Source: an uncultured Chloroflexia bacterium
GTDB lineage: Bacteria > Chloroflexota > Anaerolineae > Aggregatilineales > UBA3940
Assembly: GCA_963787375.1 (NCBI GenBank)
Contig: CAWBCR010000013.1
Span: 101,654 to 165,653 of the forward strand
Direction of reading: 5' to 3'
Length of the DNA: 64,000 nucleotides
Shown: positions 1 to 9,296 of the stretch, piece by piece
Layout of the letters: each line of letters opens with the position of its first letter
How positions within the stretch are numbered: position 1 is the stretch's first letter
The notes under the pieces: generated by a model
What the model was told of the DNA's origin: nothing
Seen by the model: the letters and a program-made list of their open reading frames with translations, nothing else
Databases searched by the model: none
Made by a program: the position numbers and the translations under genes

Positions 1-350
1 GCCATCGCGCCGGGGTAGGTGATGATCGCCCGGTCGGCCCCGCGTGACAGGATCACGCTGAAGCCGGTCTTCAGCGCGGGGTCGACGACGACCGGCGACA
101 CGTCCACGCCGCGCGCGTGGAGCGCATCCAGCATGAAGCGCCCGAACAGGTCGTCGCCCACCACGCCGACGAAGCCGACGCGCAGCCCCAGCCGGGCCGC
201 GCCACAGGCGAAGATCGCTGAGGACGCGCCGACGGTCAGCGCCGCGCGCTCGACCAGTGTCTCCTGCTGGCCGAAGCCAACGGCCAGCGCCGGGTCAGAC
301 AGGATCAGGTCGGGGTTGATCTCGCCCGCCACCAGCACGTCAAACGGCAC
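1..350 (-). CDS. PfkB/ribokinase-family carbohydrate kinase, N-terminal portion (3' end lies left of the window)
   Basis: Own minus-strand translation from GTG at 348-350: VPFDVLVAGEINPDLILSDPALAVGFGQQETLVERAALTVGASSAIFACGAARLGLRVGFVGVVGDDLFGRFMLDALHARGVDVSPVVVDPALKTGFSVILSRGADRAIITYPGAM. This resembles the N-terminal region of PfkB sugar kinases. The start lies 1 nt after the GH4 stop. It is absent from the ORF track because no stop falls in the window. Confidence 0.65.
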   Translation of the reverse strand, partial: MPFDVLVAGEINPDLILSDPALAVGFGQQETLVERAALTVGASSAIFACGAARLGLRVGFVGVVGDDLFGRFMLDALHARGVDVSPVVVDPALKTGFSVILSRGADRAIITYPGAM

Positions 351-351
351 G

Positions 352-1686
352 TCAGCGCCCCACGTCGACGTGCTTGAACTGCGGCAGGTGCTCGCGGTTC
401 TTTTGCAGCATCGTGCTGACCATGTCCTGAATCTCGTCCATGCTGAGCACTGCTGCCGTCAGCGGGTCGTGCAGGCAGGCCTGCATCACCAGTCGCGGGT
501 TGCCGGTCAGCGCCGCCTCGACCGCCATCTCCTCGACCATCACGCTGGTGTGGACCAGCGCGACAAGCTGCGGCGGCAGGTCGCCGACGTGGATGGCGTG
601 GAAGCCGCCCCGGTCGACATACACCGGCACTTCGACGCACGCGCCCTCCGGCAGGTTGGTGATCAACTGCGTGTTGGGCACATTCCCGTTGAAGCCGAAC
701 GGATCACCACCCTTGAGCGCGTTGACGATGTAGGCCGCGTACTCGGTGCCGCGCTCCAATTCGATGGGCGTCTCGCTGGCGAACCACTTCTTGGCCTCGT
801 CCTTCCAGATCGTCTCGTTGCGCTGGTATTCCTTCAGGATATAGGCGTACTCACCGGGGTTCCAGCCGGTGCCGTGCGTGCAGTACTTCTCGATCAGGTC
901 CGGGCGCTTGCGGAACCACGCGTTGTACTCAGAGTTGTGCCCGCTCGATTCGGTCGAGTAGTAGTCGAGGTGCAGGAACATCTCGTTGCGGACGATCTCC
1001 TCGTTGTAGACCTCAGGCCGCTCGGTGACGGCCTTGCGGATCAGCGGGTAGGCATCCTGCCCGTTCCATTCGTACTTGAGGTAGAACGCCTGGTGATTGA
1101 TCCCCGCGCAGGTATAGGTGATCTCGTCCTGCGGCGCGCCGATCCACTCGGCGAGCATCTCGGCGGTGCCCTGCACGCTGTGGCACAGCCCCGTCACCGG
1201 GATGCTGGTCGAGCGCTGCATGGCGCGGCACAGCATCGCCATCGGGTTGGTGTAGTTGAGCATCACCGCGTCGGGGCAGCAGTTTTCCATGCTCCTGACG
1301 ATGTCGAGCATCGGTGGGACGGTGCGCAGCGTGCGGAAGATGCCCGCCGGGCCGCGCGTGTCGCCCACGTTGATGTCGATGCCGTAGGTTTTGGGGATCT
1401 CGATGTCGTGCCGCCATACCTCGGTATCCCCAACCAGGATGGTGACCATCACCACGTCCGCGCCGTCGAGCGCCTTCTCGCGGTCGGTGGTGGCTTCGAC
1501 CGTCGCCGGGTAGCCGCCCATCTCGACGATCTTGCGCACGGATCGCTCGGCGAAGTCGAGCCGCTCCGGGTTGATGTCCATCAGGCTCAGCGTGCAGTCT
1601 TCCAGCAGCGGGAAGGTCAGGATGTCGCGCACCAGGTCGCGGGTGAACTCCAGGCTGCCCGCGCCGACAAATGCTATCTTGGTCAT
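352..1686 (-). CDS. Glycoside hydrolase family 4 (NAD+/Mn2+-dependent alpha-glucosidase/alpha-galactosidase type)
   Basis: 444-aa ORF. It has an N-terminal Rossmann segment [14 protein letters not shown], the NYTNPMAM motif and the GLCHSVQG Cys-His segment, all characteristic of GH4 enzymes (AglA/MelA-like). Confidence 0.85.
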   Translation of the reverse strand: MTKIAFVGAGSLEFTRDLVRDILTFPLLEDCTLSLMDINPERLDFAERSVRKIVEMGGYPATVEATTDREKALDGADVVMVTILVGDTEVWRHDIEIPKTYGIDINVGDTRGPAGIFRTLRTVPPMLDIVRSMENCCPDAVMLNYTNPMAMLCRAMQRSTSIPVTGLCHSVQGTAEMLAEWIGAPQDEITYTCAGINHQAFYLKYEWNGQDAYPLIRKAVTERPEVYNEEIVRNEMFLHLDYYSTESSGHNSEYNAWFRKRPDLIEKYCTHGTGWNPGEYAYILKEYQRNETIWKDEAKKWFASETPIELERGTEYAAYIVNALKGGDPFGFNGNVPNTQLITNLPEGACVEVPVYVDRGGFHAIHVGDLPPQLVALVHTSVMVEEMAVEAALTGNPRLVMQACLHDPLTAAVLSMDEIQDMVSTMLQKNREHLPQFKHVDVGR

Positions 1687-1736
1687 GTTCTCTCCTTGGT
1701 AGATGGTTGGGAGCGGAAGCCGGCAGGCTCGCCGGC

Positions 1737-2791
1737 CTACAGGCGCGGCAGGCCGAACAGCCCCGCCGCGTTGTCGTGATAAACCTTCTTCAGCACGTCG
1801 TCGGGCAGGCTCAAGCCGTAGATCTGCCAGCGGCCCTCAGGCGGCACGCCCGCGCTGCCGCTGTAGCTGAAGTACTCATCGTCTGTCTCGAGAAAGCGGT
1901 AGTACGTCTGATACTCCGCCAGGTCGGGCCCCAGGTCCAGCCCGAACAGGATGCGATCTGCGTGCTCAACGAAAAGCGCCGCGCCGAATAGGGCTGGCGG
2001 CCCAGTTCGGGGACGCGCGCGGCGATGTCGATCCGGTAGTTGGGGCACGCGTCGAGCATGTGCCCGACCCAGCCCAGGTTCTCGGCGTAGCAGCCGACGT
2101 GCGCGCCGATGAACGTGGTCTGTGGGTGCCGGCGCACCAGCGCAAACAGCCCTTCGACGATGCTGATAAAGGAGGGGTAGGGCGGGCTGGGAAACTGCCA
2201 GTCAGGGTGGGCCTGCAGCTCTTCCCAGCGCTCGTTGGTCTCGTCGAGCGGGTCAAAGAACGCGACCGGGTCGGCCACGTGGATCAGCACCGGCAGGCCC
2301 AGTTCGCCGGCGGTGGCCCACAGCACGTCGAGGCGCTCGTCGTCAACGCTGACCAGATCGCCGTGCGGGTCGCGGACGTGGAGGCCAAACGGCTTCCACA
2401 CCTTCAACCCCTCCGCGCCGCGCTCCTTCTGAACGCGCAGCCGCCCGGCGGCCCATTCGGGGAAGGCGTCGCCGCGCTGCGGCCACTGGCTCCAGTCGAT
2501 GCCGCCGAATATCCTGAAACGCTCCGGCGCAGCCGCCTTGAAACGATCCAGATGCGCGTTGAGGATGTCCTCGCCCCAGCCGCCGTCGAGGTCGACGTAC
2601 AGTTGGATTCCGGCCTCGTCGAGGATGTTGAGCAGCGCCGGCAGCGGTTTGTGATCCCAGCCGCCGCCGAACGGTTCGGCCAGGTGATTGTGTGCGTCGA
2701 TCACAGGGAACTTCGGCTTGAGGACCGGTGTCTCTTTGGTCACCAGCCTCGAACGGGGGCGGTACTGCTCAAGGTCCATATCTGTCCTCAT
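1737..2791 (-). pseudogene. Amidohydrolase-2-type metal-dependent hydrolase, frame-disrupted as assembled
   Basis: ORF 1811-2791 carries the N-terminal VIDAHNHL metal-binding motif and reads sensibly up to ...ELGRQPYSARRF. The sensible C-terminus (VEHADRILFGLDLGPDLAEYQTYYRFLETDDEYF...GLFGLPRL) continues in the frame of ORF 1737-2048. The switch is at a T4 run near 1972-1976, and reading T5 restores RFFVEHAD. Confidence 0.75.
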
Positions 2792-3094
2792 GCAACGGTC
2801 AGGCGGAGGTGCAGGGCGTCGACCAGATCGGGGTCAGCCATCATCATGAACAGCTACCATTGTAAGGGCTTTTGGCCGGATTTCAAGCGGTGGTAAGCGC
2901 GAGCGCAGCCGGACTCGTTCTTACAGCGCCGCTGATCCAGATTATGTTCAGGCTTTGTTGGCACGTTCCATAGTATAATTCATGAAAGTTTTACACAATG
3001 GCAGGCTGCTCTGGCCTATAATCAGGCAGATACCGGCACGTATTTCGCGTCCCCTGGCAGACTGTCACCACGCATCTGCCTGGAAAACAGGTCG

Positions 3095-5013
3095 ATGAGC
3101 GGTTTTGCAGTGATCTTCAACCGGGACGGTTCGCCCGTCCCACCGGACAGTCTCGACGCCATTCTGGCGCGCCTCGCCCATCGCGGCCCTGATGGCCGCG
3201 AGGTATGGCAGGCGGGGAACGTGGCGATGGGCCACCTGCATTTCTGGACCACGCCAGAAGATGTTGGCAGCCACCAGCCGCTGTCCGACCCATCGGGCCG
3301 CTTCGTGATCGCGTTCGACGGGCGGCTGGACAATCGCGGCTGACCTGCTGGCTGCGCTCGGCATCGAGAGCAAGCAGGGCGGGCAGATGGCTGACGCCGC
3401 GCTGGCGCTGCAAGCCTTTCTGCGCTGGGGCGATGCGTGTTTCGAGCACCTGCTGGGGCCGCTGGCCGCCGCCATCGTCGACACGGTCGAGCAGCGGGTC
3501 GTGCTGGCGCGTGACGCGCTGGGCAGCCGCTCGGTGTACTATCACCTGGACGAGCACCTGCTGGTGGCGGCGTCGGAGCCGTTCGCGGTGCTGGCGCACC
3601 CGTCCGTTTCGGATGTGCTCGACGAGCGCACGCTGATTCGCTGGTACGCCGTGATGGCCCCGCGTATGGGCGCGACGTTCTTCGCGGATGTGAGTGAACT
3701 GCCCTACGCGCAGGCGATGGCTGTGGATCGGACGCTGGTGCGGCAGTGGCAGCACTGGCAGGTCGACCCGGAGCAGCGGCTGCACTATCGACGCGACGAC
3801 GAATACGCCGAGCACTTCCGCGACCTGCTGACGGAGAGCGTCAGGTGCCGGCTGCGGGCGACAACGCCGGTGGGAGTTTCGTTGAGTGGCGGCTACGACT
3901 CGTCGTCGGTGGCGGCGCTGGCGGCGAAGGAGCTTGCCACGCAGCCTGGCGCGGTGCGGCTGAAGTCATTCACCTGGCTGTTTGACGAACTACCCGAATG
4001 CGATGAGCGGAAATACGCCCAGGCAGTGGTCGATCACTGCGGCCTGGAGTCAGTCGACCATTCCGGGCGCTGACGCCTGGCCGCTGCGCGACTGGCAGAG
4101 CTGGTCGTGCAATCCGAACATGCCGGAAGGCAACGCCTATCGTTTGCTGATTGACCGGCTTTACAGTACAGTGGCGGGCGCAGGCGTGCGCGTGCTGCTG
4201 ACCGGCGCGCATGCTGACCAGGCGCTCACTGGCGGCGACTACTGGCTGGCCGAGCATCTGCGCGATGGGCAGCCGGCTGCCGCGCTGGCGGGTCTGCTGC
4301 GGTTGGTGCGCCGGCAGGGCCTCACCAGCCGGGCAACCCGGACCAGCCTGGTGCAGGTGGTGTCGTGGCTGCTCGATGTGATCCCCGGCGGGCGGCGGGT
4401 CCGCCCAAAGCGCAGGCCGCTGCCGCCGCCGTGGCTGACGCCGCAAGCGCGGGACATTCTCGCGCAGGATATGCTGGCCGACGAGACGCCGCAAGGGCCG
4501 AGGCCGGGCCAGGCAGATGCCATCCTGGGCGGCTACACGACGACGTTCGGCGCGATGTCCGGCGTCTTCGACGGCCTGACAGGCGTCGACACGCGCTATC
4601 CGTACCGCGACCGGCGGCTGGTCGAGTTCCTGATGGCGATACCGGCCTACGAGCTGTTCGATGGCCGGGACCATAAACTTGTGGTTAAGCGGGCCATGGC
4701 GGGCATTCTGCCAGACCTTGTCCTTGACAATCCGGTCCATGGCCGGCTGTACACGCTGTATATGCGCGGCGTGGAGCGCGAGCGGTCCGAATTCGAACGC
4801 ATATTGCACGGGGCTGGCGCGCTGTGGCAGCCATACGTTGAACCGGACGCGCTGTGGCATTCGCTCGATATGGCGCAGAATGGAACGGAGACAGGGCGAA
4901 GTGCCATGCTTCCCTGGTTCTGTGCTGCGGTAGAGATGTGGCGCAGCACAGCAGGCGATAAATCAGCCTGGCATGGCTGGAGGCCACCCAGAGAGACGAT
5001 AGACAGCCTATGA
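3095..5013 (+). pseudogene. Asparagine synthetase B homolog, lasso-peptide cyclase-like (C protein); two frame disruptions as assembled
   Basis: Three colinear pieces (3095-3343, 3387-4073, 3982-5013). The N-terminal Ntn-amidotransferase-like domain starts MSGFAVIF, with Ser where AsnB has the nucleophilic Cys. It has a PP-loop SLSGGYDSSSV. Junctions are near 3335-3345 and 4040-4060. It sits directly upstream of a lasso-type precursor ORF. Confidence 0.8.
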
Positions 5014-5034
5014 ACGATAAACCTCTGAACGAAG

Positions 5035-5202
5035 ATGTGCCCGCCGAAGCAGATGGGCAGAGAACAGCACGCCAAGCGCAAGAAGCCCTATTCAGCGCCG
5101 AGGCTGGAGGTGTATGGCTCGCTGCGCAGCGTCACGCTGGGTGGATCGCCCGGGACCTGGCGATCTGGGCAATCCTACCCTCTACGGGCCAGCAGCCCAT
5201 GA
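5035..5202 (+). CDS. Candidate lasso-peptide precursor (A peptide), 55 aa (49 aa from the alternative ATG at 5053)
   Basis: Own translation, too short for the ORF track: MCPPKQMGREQHAKRKKPYSAPRLEVYGSLRSVTLGGSPGTWRSGQSYPLRASSP. Counting back from the Gly after T-L gives Y-17, P-14, L-12, G-8 and T-2. This exactly matches the YxxPxLx3Gx5Tx lasso leader motif. The core has no Asp/Glu at positions 7-9 as assembled. Confidence 0.55.
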   Translation: MCPPKQMGREQHAKRKKPYSAPRLEVYGSLRSVTLGGSPGTWRSGQSYPLRASSP

Positions 5203-5231
5203 CGGGGCCATGATCCGTATCAGACTGCCGG

Positions 5232-6142
5232 GTGGCGGACATGGGCCAGGCGGCTCGCTATCGCGTCGCCGGGCGCGTGCTGGGCTGCGACAGCCCGCTG
5301 CCGGCGCTGGCCCCATTTCACACAAACGACGAGGAGCCTGGCCTGATGAGCCAGGCTCCATTTGATCTCGACCTGGGGGAGCACCTTGGCACGCGCCGGG
5401 CGACCGGCTGGGTGGCTGAGGAGTGGCGCACGGTGACATGCGCGGCATACGCCGCCGGCTATCGTATCGAGGTGGACGGCGTGGGCCGCTTTGCCGTCAG
5501 CGCCGACGGCAGCCAGATCGTGTGCGAAGAGACGGGCGGGCGAGAGCGTTATTGATGGGCTGCTCGTCGAGACGCTGCTCGGCCCGCCGCTGATCCTCGC
5601 GCTGGCCGCGCAGGGCATCACCTGCCTGCACGCCAGCGCCGTGCTGGTCGATGGGGCGGCGGTGGCGTTTGTGGGCGAGACCGGCGCTGGCAAATCGACG
5701 CTGGCGGCCTACCTGGCGCGGGAAGCGGGCTGGCTGCGGCTGGCCGACGACGTGCTGCCGGTCGCGCTGGGCGGCGCGGGTGGGCCTGCGGCGCTGCCGC
5801 ACTTCCCGCAGTTGAAGCTGCCCGCCGCCGAGCAGGTCGGGCCGGGCGTGCCGCAGCGCATGCCGCTGCGGGCCGTGTACGCGCTGGAGTTCGCCCCCCA
5901 GTGTCGAGACGGCTTCGCTTGAGCCGCTGAGTGGGCACGCCGCCGCCGCTGCGCTGATCGCGCACAGCATGGCCAACAGCCTGTTCGACGAACGGCTGCG
6001 TGCCGCGCACCTGGGAGCCGGCGCATCGGCGGCGGGCGCGCTCGTTGTGCAGCGCCTGATCTACCCGCACCGGCGCGAGGCGCTGCTGGATGTCGCCGCG
6101 CTGCTGGCAGGCACCCTCAGCGCGGGCGGCCCCGTCCGCTGA
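5232..6142 (+). pseudogene. HprK-related (HPr kinase C-terminal-domain-like) kinase; two frame disruptions as assembled
   Basis: N-terminus YRVAGRVLGCDSPLPALAPF, then LHASAVLVDGAAVAFVGETGAGKSTLAAYL (P-loop), then LEPLSGHAAAAALIAHSMANSLFDERL read in a third frame. Shifts are near 5540 and at a C6 run (5894-5899). The 3' end overlaps the convergent nucleotidyltransferase gene by 26 bp. Confidence 0.75.
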
Positions 6143-7274
6143 ACAGCGCCCGCAGCACCTCTCGAATCTGATCCAGCCAGCGAACAATGTAGAACGGCCA
6201 CACAGGCCGGCCTGCCGCGACCGCATAGCGGCGGCGCATGTAGTCCTGTGGCGGAACAGCCACGCGGGCGGCCATCGCCAGGCGATCCGCTGGCGGAAGC
6301 TGGACGAGCCGGCGACGAACCTGGAACCAGCGCGCGCCCTGGCCGCGCAGCCGGTCGACACGGGCCGTGTCCTCGTCGGCGGGGCGGTGCGCGCGGAGCT
6401 GCTCGACCAGACCTGGCGGCAGCGGCGTCTCGAACAGCGCGGCGCAGGTGCTCAGCGCGCGCTCGACCGGGTACGTCCAGCGCAGCGCGGCAGCCTGCTC
6501 GACCGCCAGCGGCCAGTCAGGCGGATCCGCGCAGATCAGCAGGTGTAGGTCGTAGCTGCGCTGGACGTACGTCTCGGCGTGCTGAAGCTCGGCGTGGGCG
6601 CACAGGTAAAGCAGGCTGGCGGTCGGTGTCAGCGTATGGAACTGGCCCCGTGCCGCGCGATACGGCTGCGTCTGCGACCAGAACCAGGCCAGCCCATCCG
6701 GCGACAGTATGCTTTCGTCAACGCTAAGCAGGTGGTGGTGAAGCTCCAGAATCACGGCGCGGGCCGGGCCGCCCATCAGCTGATCATGCTGGCTTCGCTT
6801 GAGGACGAGCGGATCGCCGGGGGCAAACAGGTGCGGGTCGTCGGGGCGGTAGGTGTAGCCCAGCGCGCGGACGGCCTCCAGCGCGTCGGCGCGCCGCGCC
6901 TGCGGAATGAGCACGTCGAGGTCGCTCATGGGACGCAGATCGGGGCGCGGGTAGAGCGTCTGCGCCAGGACGACGCCCTTGATCCACACCGTGTCGATGC
7001 CGGCTGCCTGCAGAACGGCCTCGATTTCCGCCTGCGCGATCTCCAGCGCCGCGTAATGGGCAGCGCTCTGGCGGGCGGACTGCTTCAGTGAGGCTGCGCT
7101 GGCAGCAGGCAGGCTCATGCCGGCCTCGTCGACGCGATGCAGCAGCAGCGGCCCCATGCCGTGCCGGACGGCCAGGCCGGCCAGCGCGGGCCAGCGCTCG
7201 GCGGGTACGGCGTCCGGTGGCAGCCGCCCGGCTACAACGGCAGCAAGCTCCTCAAGCGGAAATAACGAGCCCAT
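6117..7274 (-). CDS. Nucleotidyltransferase-family protein (NTP_transf_5/PF14907-like)
   Basis: ORF 6117-7337. The likely start is MGSLFPLEEL at 7274, 4 nt after the upstream stop. The segment WIKGVVLAQTLYPRPDLRPMSDLDVLIP resembles the catalytic region of the uncharacterised nucleotidyltransferase family that co-occurs with HprK-related kinases. Confidence 0.65.
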   Translation of the reverse strand: MGSLFPLEELAAVVAGRLPPDAVPAERWPALAGLAVRHGMGPLLLHRVDEAGMSLPAASAASLKQSARQSAAHYAALEIAQAEIEAVLQAAGIDTVWIKGVVLAQTLYPRPDLRPMSDLDVLIPQARRADALEAVRALGYTYRPDDPHLFAPGDPLVLKRSQHDQLMGGPARAVILELHHHLLSVDESILSPDGLAWFWSQTQPYRAARGQFHTLTPTASLLYLCAHAELQHAETYVQRSYDLHLLICADPPDWPLAVEQAAALRWTYPVERALSTCAALFETPLPPGLVEQLRAHRPADEDTARVDRLRGQGARWFQVRRRLVQLPPADRLAMAARVAVPPQDYMRRRYAVAAGRPVWPFYIVRWLDQIREVLRALFSGRGRPR

Positions 7275-7278
7275 CGCG

Positions 7279-9054
7279 CTACCGGCCCGGAAGGGTGACG
7301 CTGCCTTCGATGGACAGGTCACCGGGGCAGGTGCCATCGTAAAACGTCACGCGCTGCTCACCGCTGATCACGATCAAGTCCCCCTGCACGGTGATGGTCC
7401 CTGTTATGTCCTCGCTAGTCGTCGCCCGCGCGGCTGAGACGTCGAAGCTGGCGGTGACCGGGTCGTAGGTGCCGAGCAGGAGCGTGCCGTCGATCTGCCG
7501 CAGCAGGCTGATCCGCCGGTCGTTCAGGTTGAAGGTGTAGGTGGCGGTGAAACCTGAGTAGCCGGCGCAGTTGCTGATGTCGGTCGCGTCGATCAGCACC
7601 ACAAACGTGCCGGGCAGCTCCGGCGTCGGCACGGGGCTTGGGAACGCCGTCAGCGGCGTGTCGGGCACGGCGGGGCCTGGCCCGCTTGACACCGGCTGAG
7701 TGCCGATGCCGGTCACCGGCACATCGACCACGACAAACGGCAGCGCGTCAAACTGCGTGGTGGCGACCCAGCCGGTCTGCCCGTCCAGCGTGGCGACGAA
7801 TAGCCACTCGCCGGGATTGTCGCGACCCAGCACGTTGATTACCATCCCCGCCGGCAGGATCGACAGCGCCGCCGCCCCGGCGTCAGGCAGGGCGCGCAGG
7901 TGCGACTCATAGGACAGCGTCACCTGGCCGACGATTCGCGGCGTGGCCGGCGGCGCGGGCGTGGGGAACGCAGTCGGCGGCAGCGGCGTGACGGTGGGCG
8001 TGATCGTCGGCGTCGGGGTACGTGTCGGCGGTGAGTGGTAGCCCGACGGCGCACCTCCCCCTGCCAGGGCGCTCCCCATGAAGCCCACCACCTGGCGGCT
8101 GAACAGCGCAAATGCCCCCAGCAGCAGGCCGCACAGGATGGCGGCCAGCACCGGCAGAAGCCAGCGGCGGTTCGGCGGCTCGATGCGCAGCGGCGGCGGC
8201 TCGTCGTCCAGGATGTCGGGCGGCAGCGCCGCGACCGGCTGGTCAGCCGGAACCTGGAAGACGGCGCAGCCCGCATGATTCGCCGTCAGGCAGGTGCTGG
8301 CCTGGTAGGTCAGCTTGATCGGCTGCGGTACCGCCGGCCTCAGGCAGACATTGCGGGGGAGTAGCACCGCGCCCGTGCGGTCCTCAGCGCCCAGGAAAGA
8401 GCAGTAGCGCGGCTCGACGGGCAGCGGTGGCCGCTGCGGAGTGACGGCCTGCCTGGCGGATGATCCGGGCGGGGAAGGCACATGATCGAAGACATAGACC
8501 TCGGCGTCCCGCTGGAGCATGTCGAGGATGGGGCTGTGGGCGGCGCTCAGCTCGCGCAGGTCGACGTGGCTGGTCACGACGAAGGGAAGTGCATTCCCCT
8601 GGCGATAAGCGATCAAATCCTGAAGCTGCTGCAGTGCTGGGGCGCTCAACTCGACCCACGTGGCGGCAAAGTCGTCGACGATCAACACCGGCGCGCGATA
8701 CAACAGATCGCGCTCGACACCTTCCGGCATCGCGGACAGCAGATCAATGAGACGGCGCAGTGGGAGGAAGACGCCCGGCTGTGCGAGGTGCCCGGCGATG
8801 TACGCGGCCAGCATCGTCCGGCCCGTGCCCACCGCGCCGACGAGTACCAGGCTGCCATGGGGATTCGCGATAAAGGCCTCTGCTGCCCTGAACGCGACAG
8901 CGAACTGCGCGCGCTGGACCGGCGGCAGGCTGTGCGCGACACGCAGAACGTCGTCCCGTGTGAGTGACAGGTAGCGGGCCGGGATGGCACTGATCTGCTG
9001 CGGGTCCCGCGGGCCCGTGTCGCCGGGCTGGTTGTGATCGCTGTCTGCCGTCAT
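7279..9054 (-). CDS. Membrane-anchored P-loop ATPase with 4-Cys motif, single TM segment, Pro/Thr linker, SH3b-like domain and unknown C-terminal domain
   Basis: 591 aa. Walker A GAVGTGRTMLA and Walker B LIVDDF (DnaC/IstB-like AAA). Cys motif YCSFLG...VCLRP...STCLTANHAGCAVF. TM segment WLLPVLAAILCGLLLGAFALF. PTPTITPTVTP linker. GEWLFVATLDGQTGWVATTQF is SH3b-like. Confidence 0.6.
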   Translation of the reverse strand: MTADSDHNQPGDTGPRDPQQISAIPARYLSLTRDDVLRVAHSLPPVQRAQFAVAFRAAEAFIANPHGSLVLVGAVGTGRTMLAAYIAGHLAQPGVFLPLRRLIDLLSAMPEGVERDLLYRAPVLIVDDFAATWVELSAPALQQLQDLIAYRQGNALPFVVTSHVDLRELSAAHSPILDMLQRDAEVYVFDHVPSPPGSSARQAVTPQRPPLPVEPRYCSFLGAEDRTGAVLLPRNVCLRPAVPQPIKLTYQASTCLTANHAGCAVFQVPADQPVAALPPDILDDEPPPLRIEPPNRRWLLPVLAAILCGLLLGAFALFSRQVVGFMGSALAGGGAPSGYHSPPTRTPTPTITPTVTPLPPTAFPTPAPPATPRIVGQVTLSYESHLRALPDAGAAALSILPAGMVINVLGRDNPGEWLFVATLDGQTGWVATTQFDALPFVVVDVPVTGIGTQPVSSGPGPAVPDTPLTAFPSPVPTPELPGTFVVLIDATDISNCAGYSGFTATYTFNLNDRRISLLRQIDGTLLLGTYDPVTASFDVSAARATTSEDITGTITVQGDLIVISGEQRVTFYDGTCPGDLSIEGSVTLPGR

Positions 9055-9125
9055 TCAGAGCCTCTGAGATAGCCGTTCTGAGCTGCACGCTTTAGATTAC
9101 CGCAACACGCCCGGTTCCGCTGCAT

Positions 9126-9135
9126 TGATTAATCA
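9126..9135. promoter_or_regulatory. Perfect 10-bp palindrome TGATTAATCA in the divergent intergenic region (candidate operator)
   Basis: It lies in the AT-richer 242-bp gap between divergent genes starting at 9054 (-) and 9297 (+). It is flanked by GCA/TGC, giving an imperfect 17-bp palindrome. Confidence 0.25.
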
Positions 9136-9296
9136 TGCAAAATTCACGAAATCTTCTTCTCCACATAGCGCGCTTTGTGGTACAGTAAGGCTGGATTTAT
9201 CAGACAGAAATGCCCGTATTTATCTTTCTTAACCTTTGGGGGCCCAGATTATGCTGCTTTCCCATTGGAATTATCAGGTCAAGGGGTAAAGGAATC

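Noticed and set aside
19-1779. 586-aa plus-strand ORF covering the GH4 region
   Set aside because: It is antisense to a well-supported GH4 gene. Its translation is Arg/Ala/Gly/His-rich low complexity with no recognisable motif. This is a typical shadow ORF of high-GC DNA.
2958-2979. TTGGCA/TGGCAC plus TATAAT upstream of the cyclase gene as a sigma-70 or sigma-54 promoter
   Set aside because: The spacer between TTGGCA and TATAAT is only 10 nt. For sigma-54 the -12 TTGC element is absent (TGGCAC-N5-ATAG).
5010-5213. 67-aa frame-0 ORF as a stand-alone protein
   Set aside because: Only its first part looks plausible, with an ATGA overlap to the cyclase stop. The lasso leader motif lies in frame 1. 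I treat it as a possible alternative N-terminus of the precursor if an indel is present, not as a separate gene.
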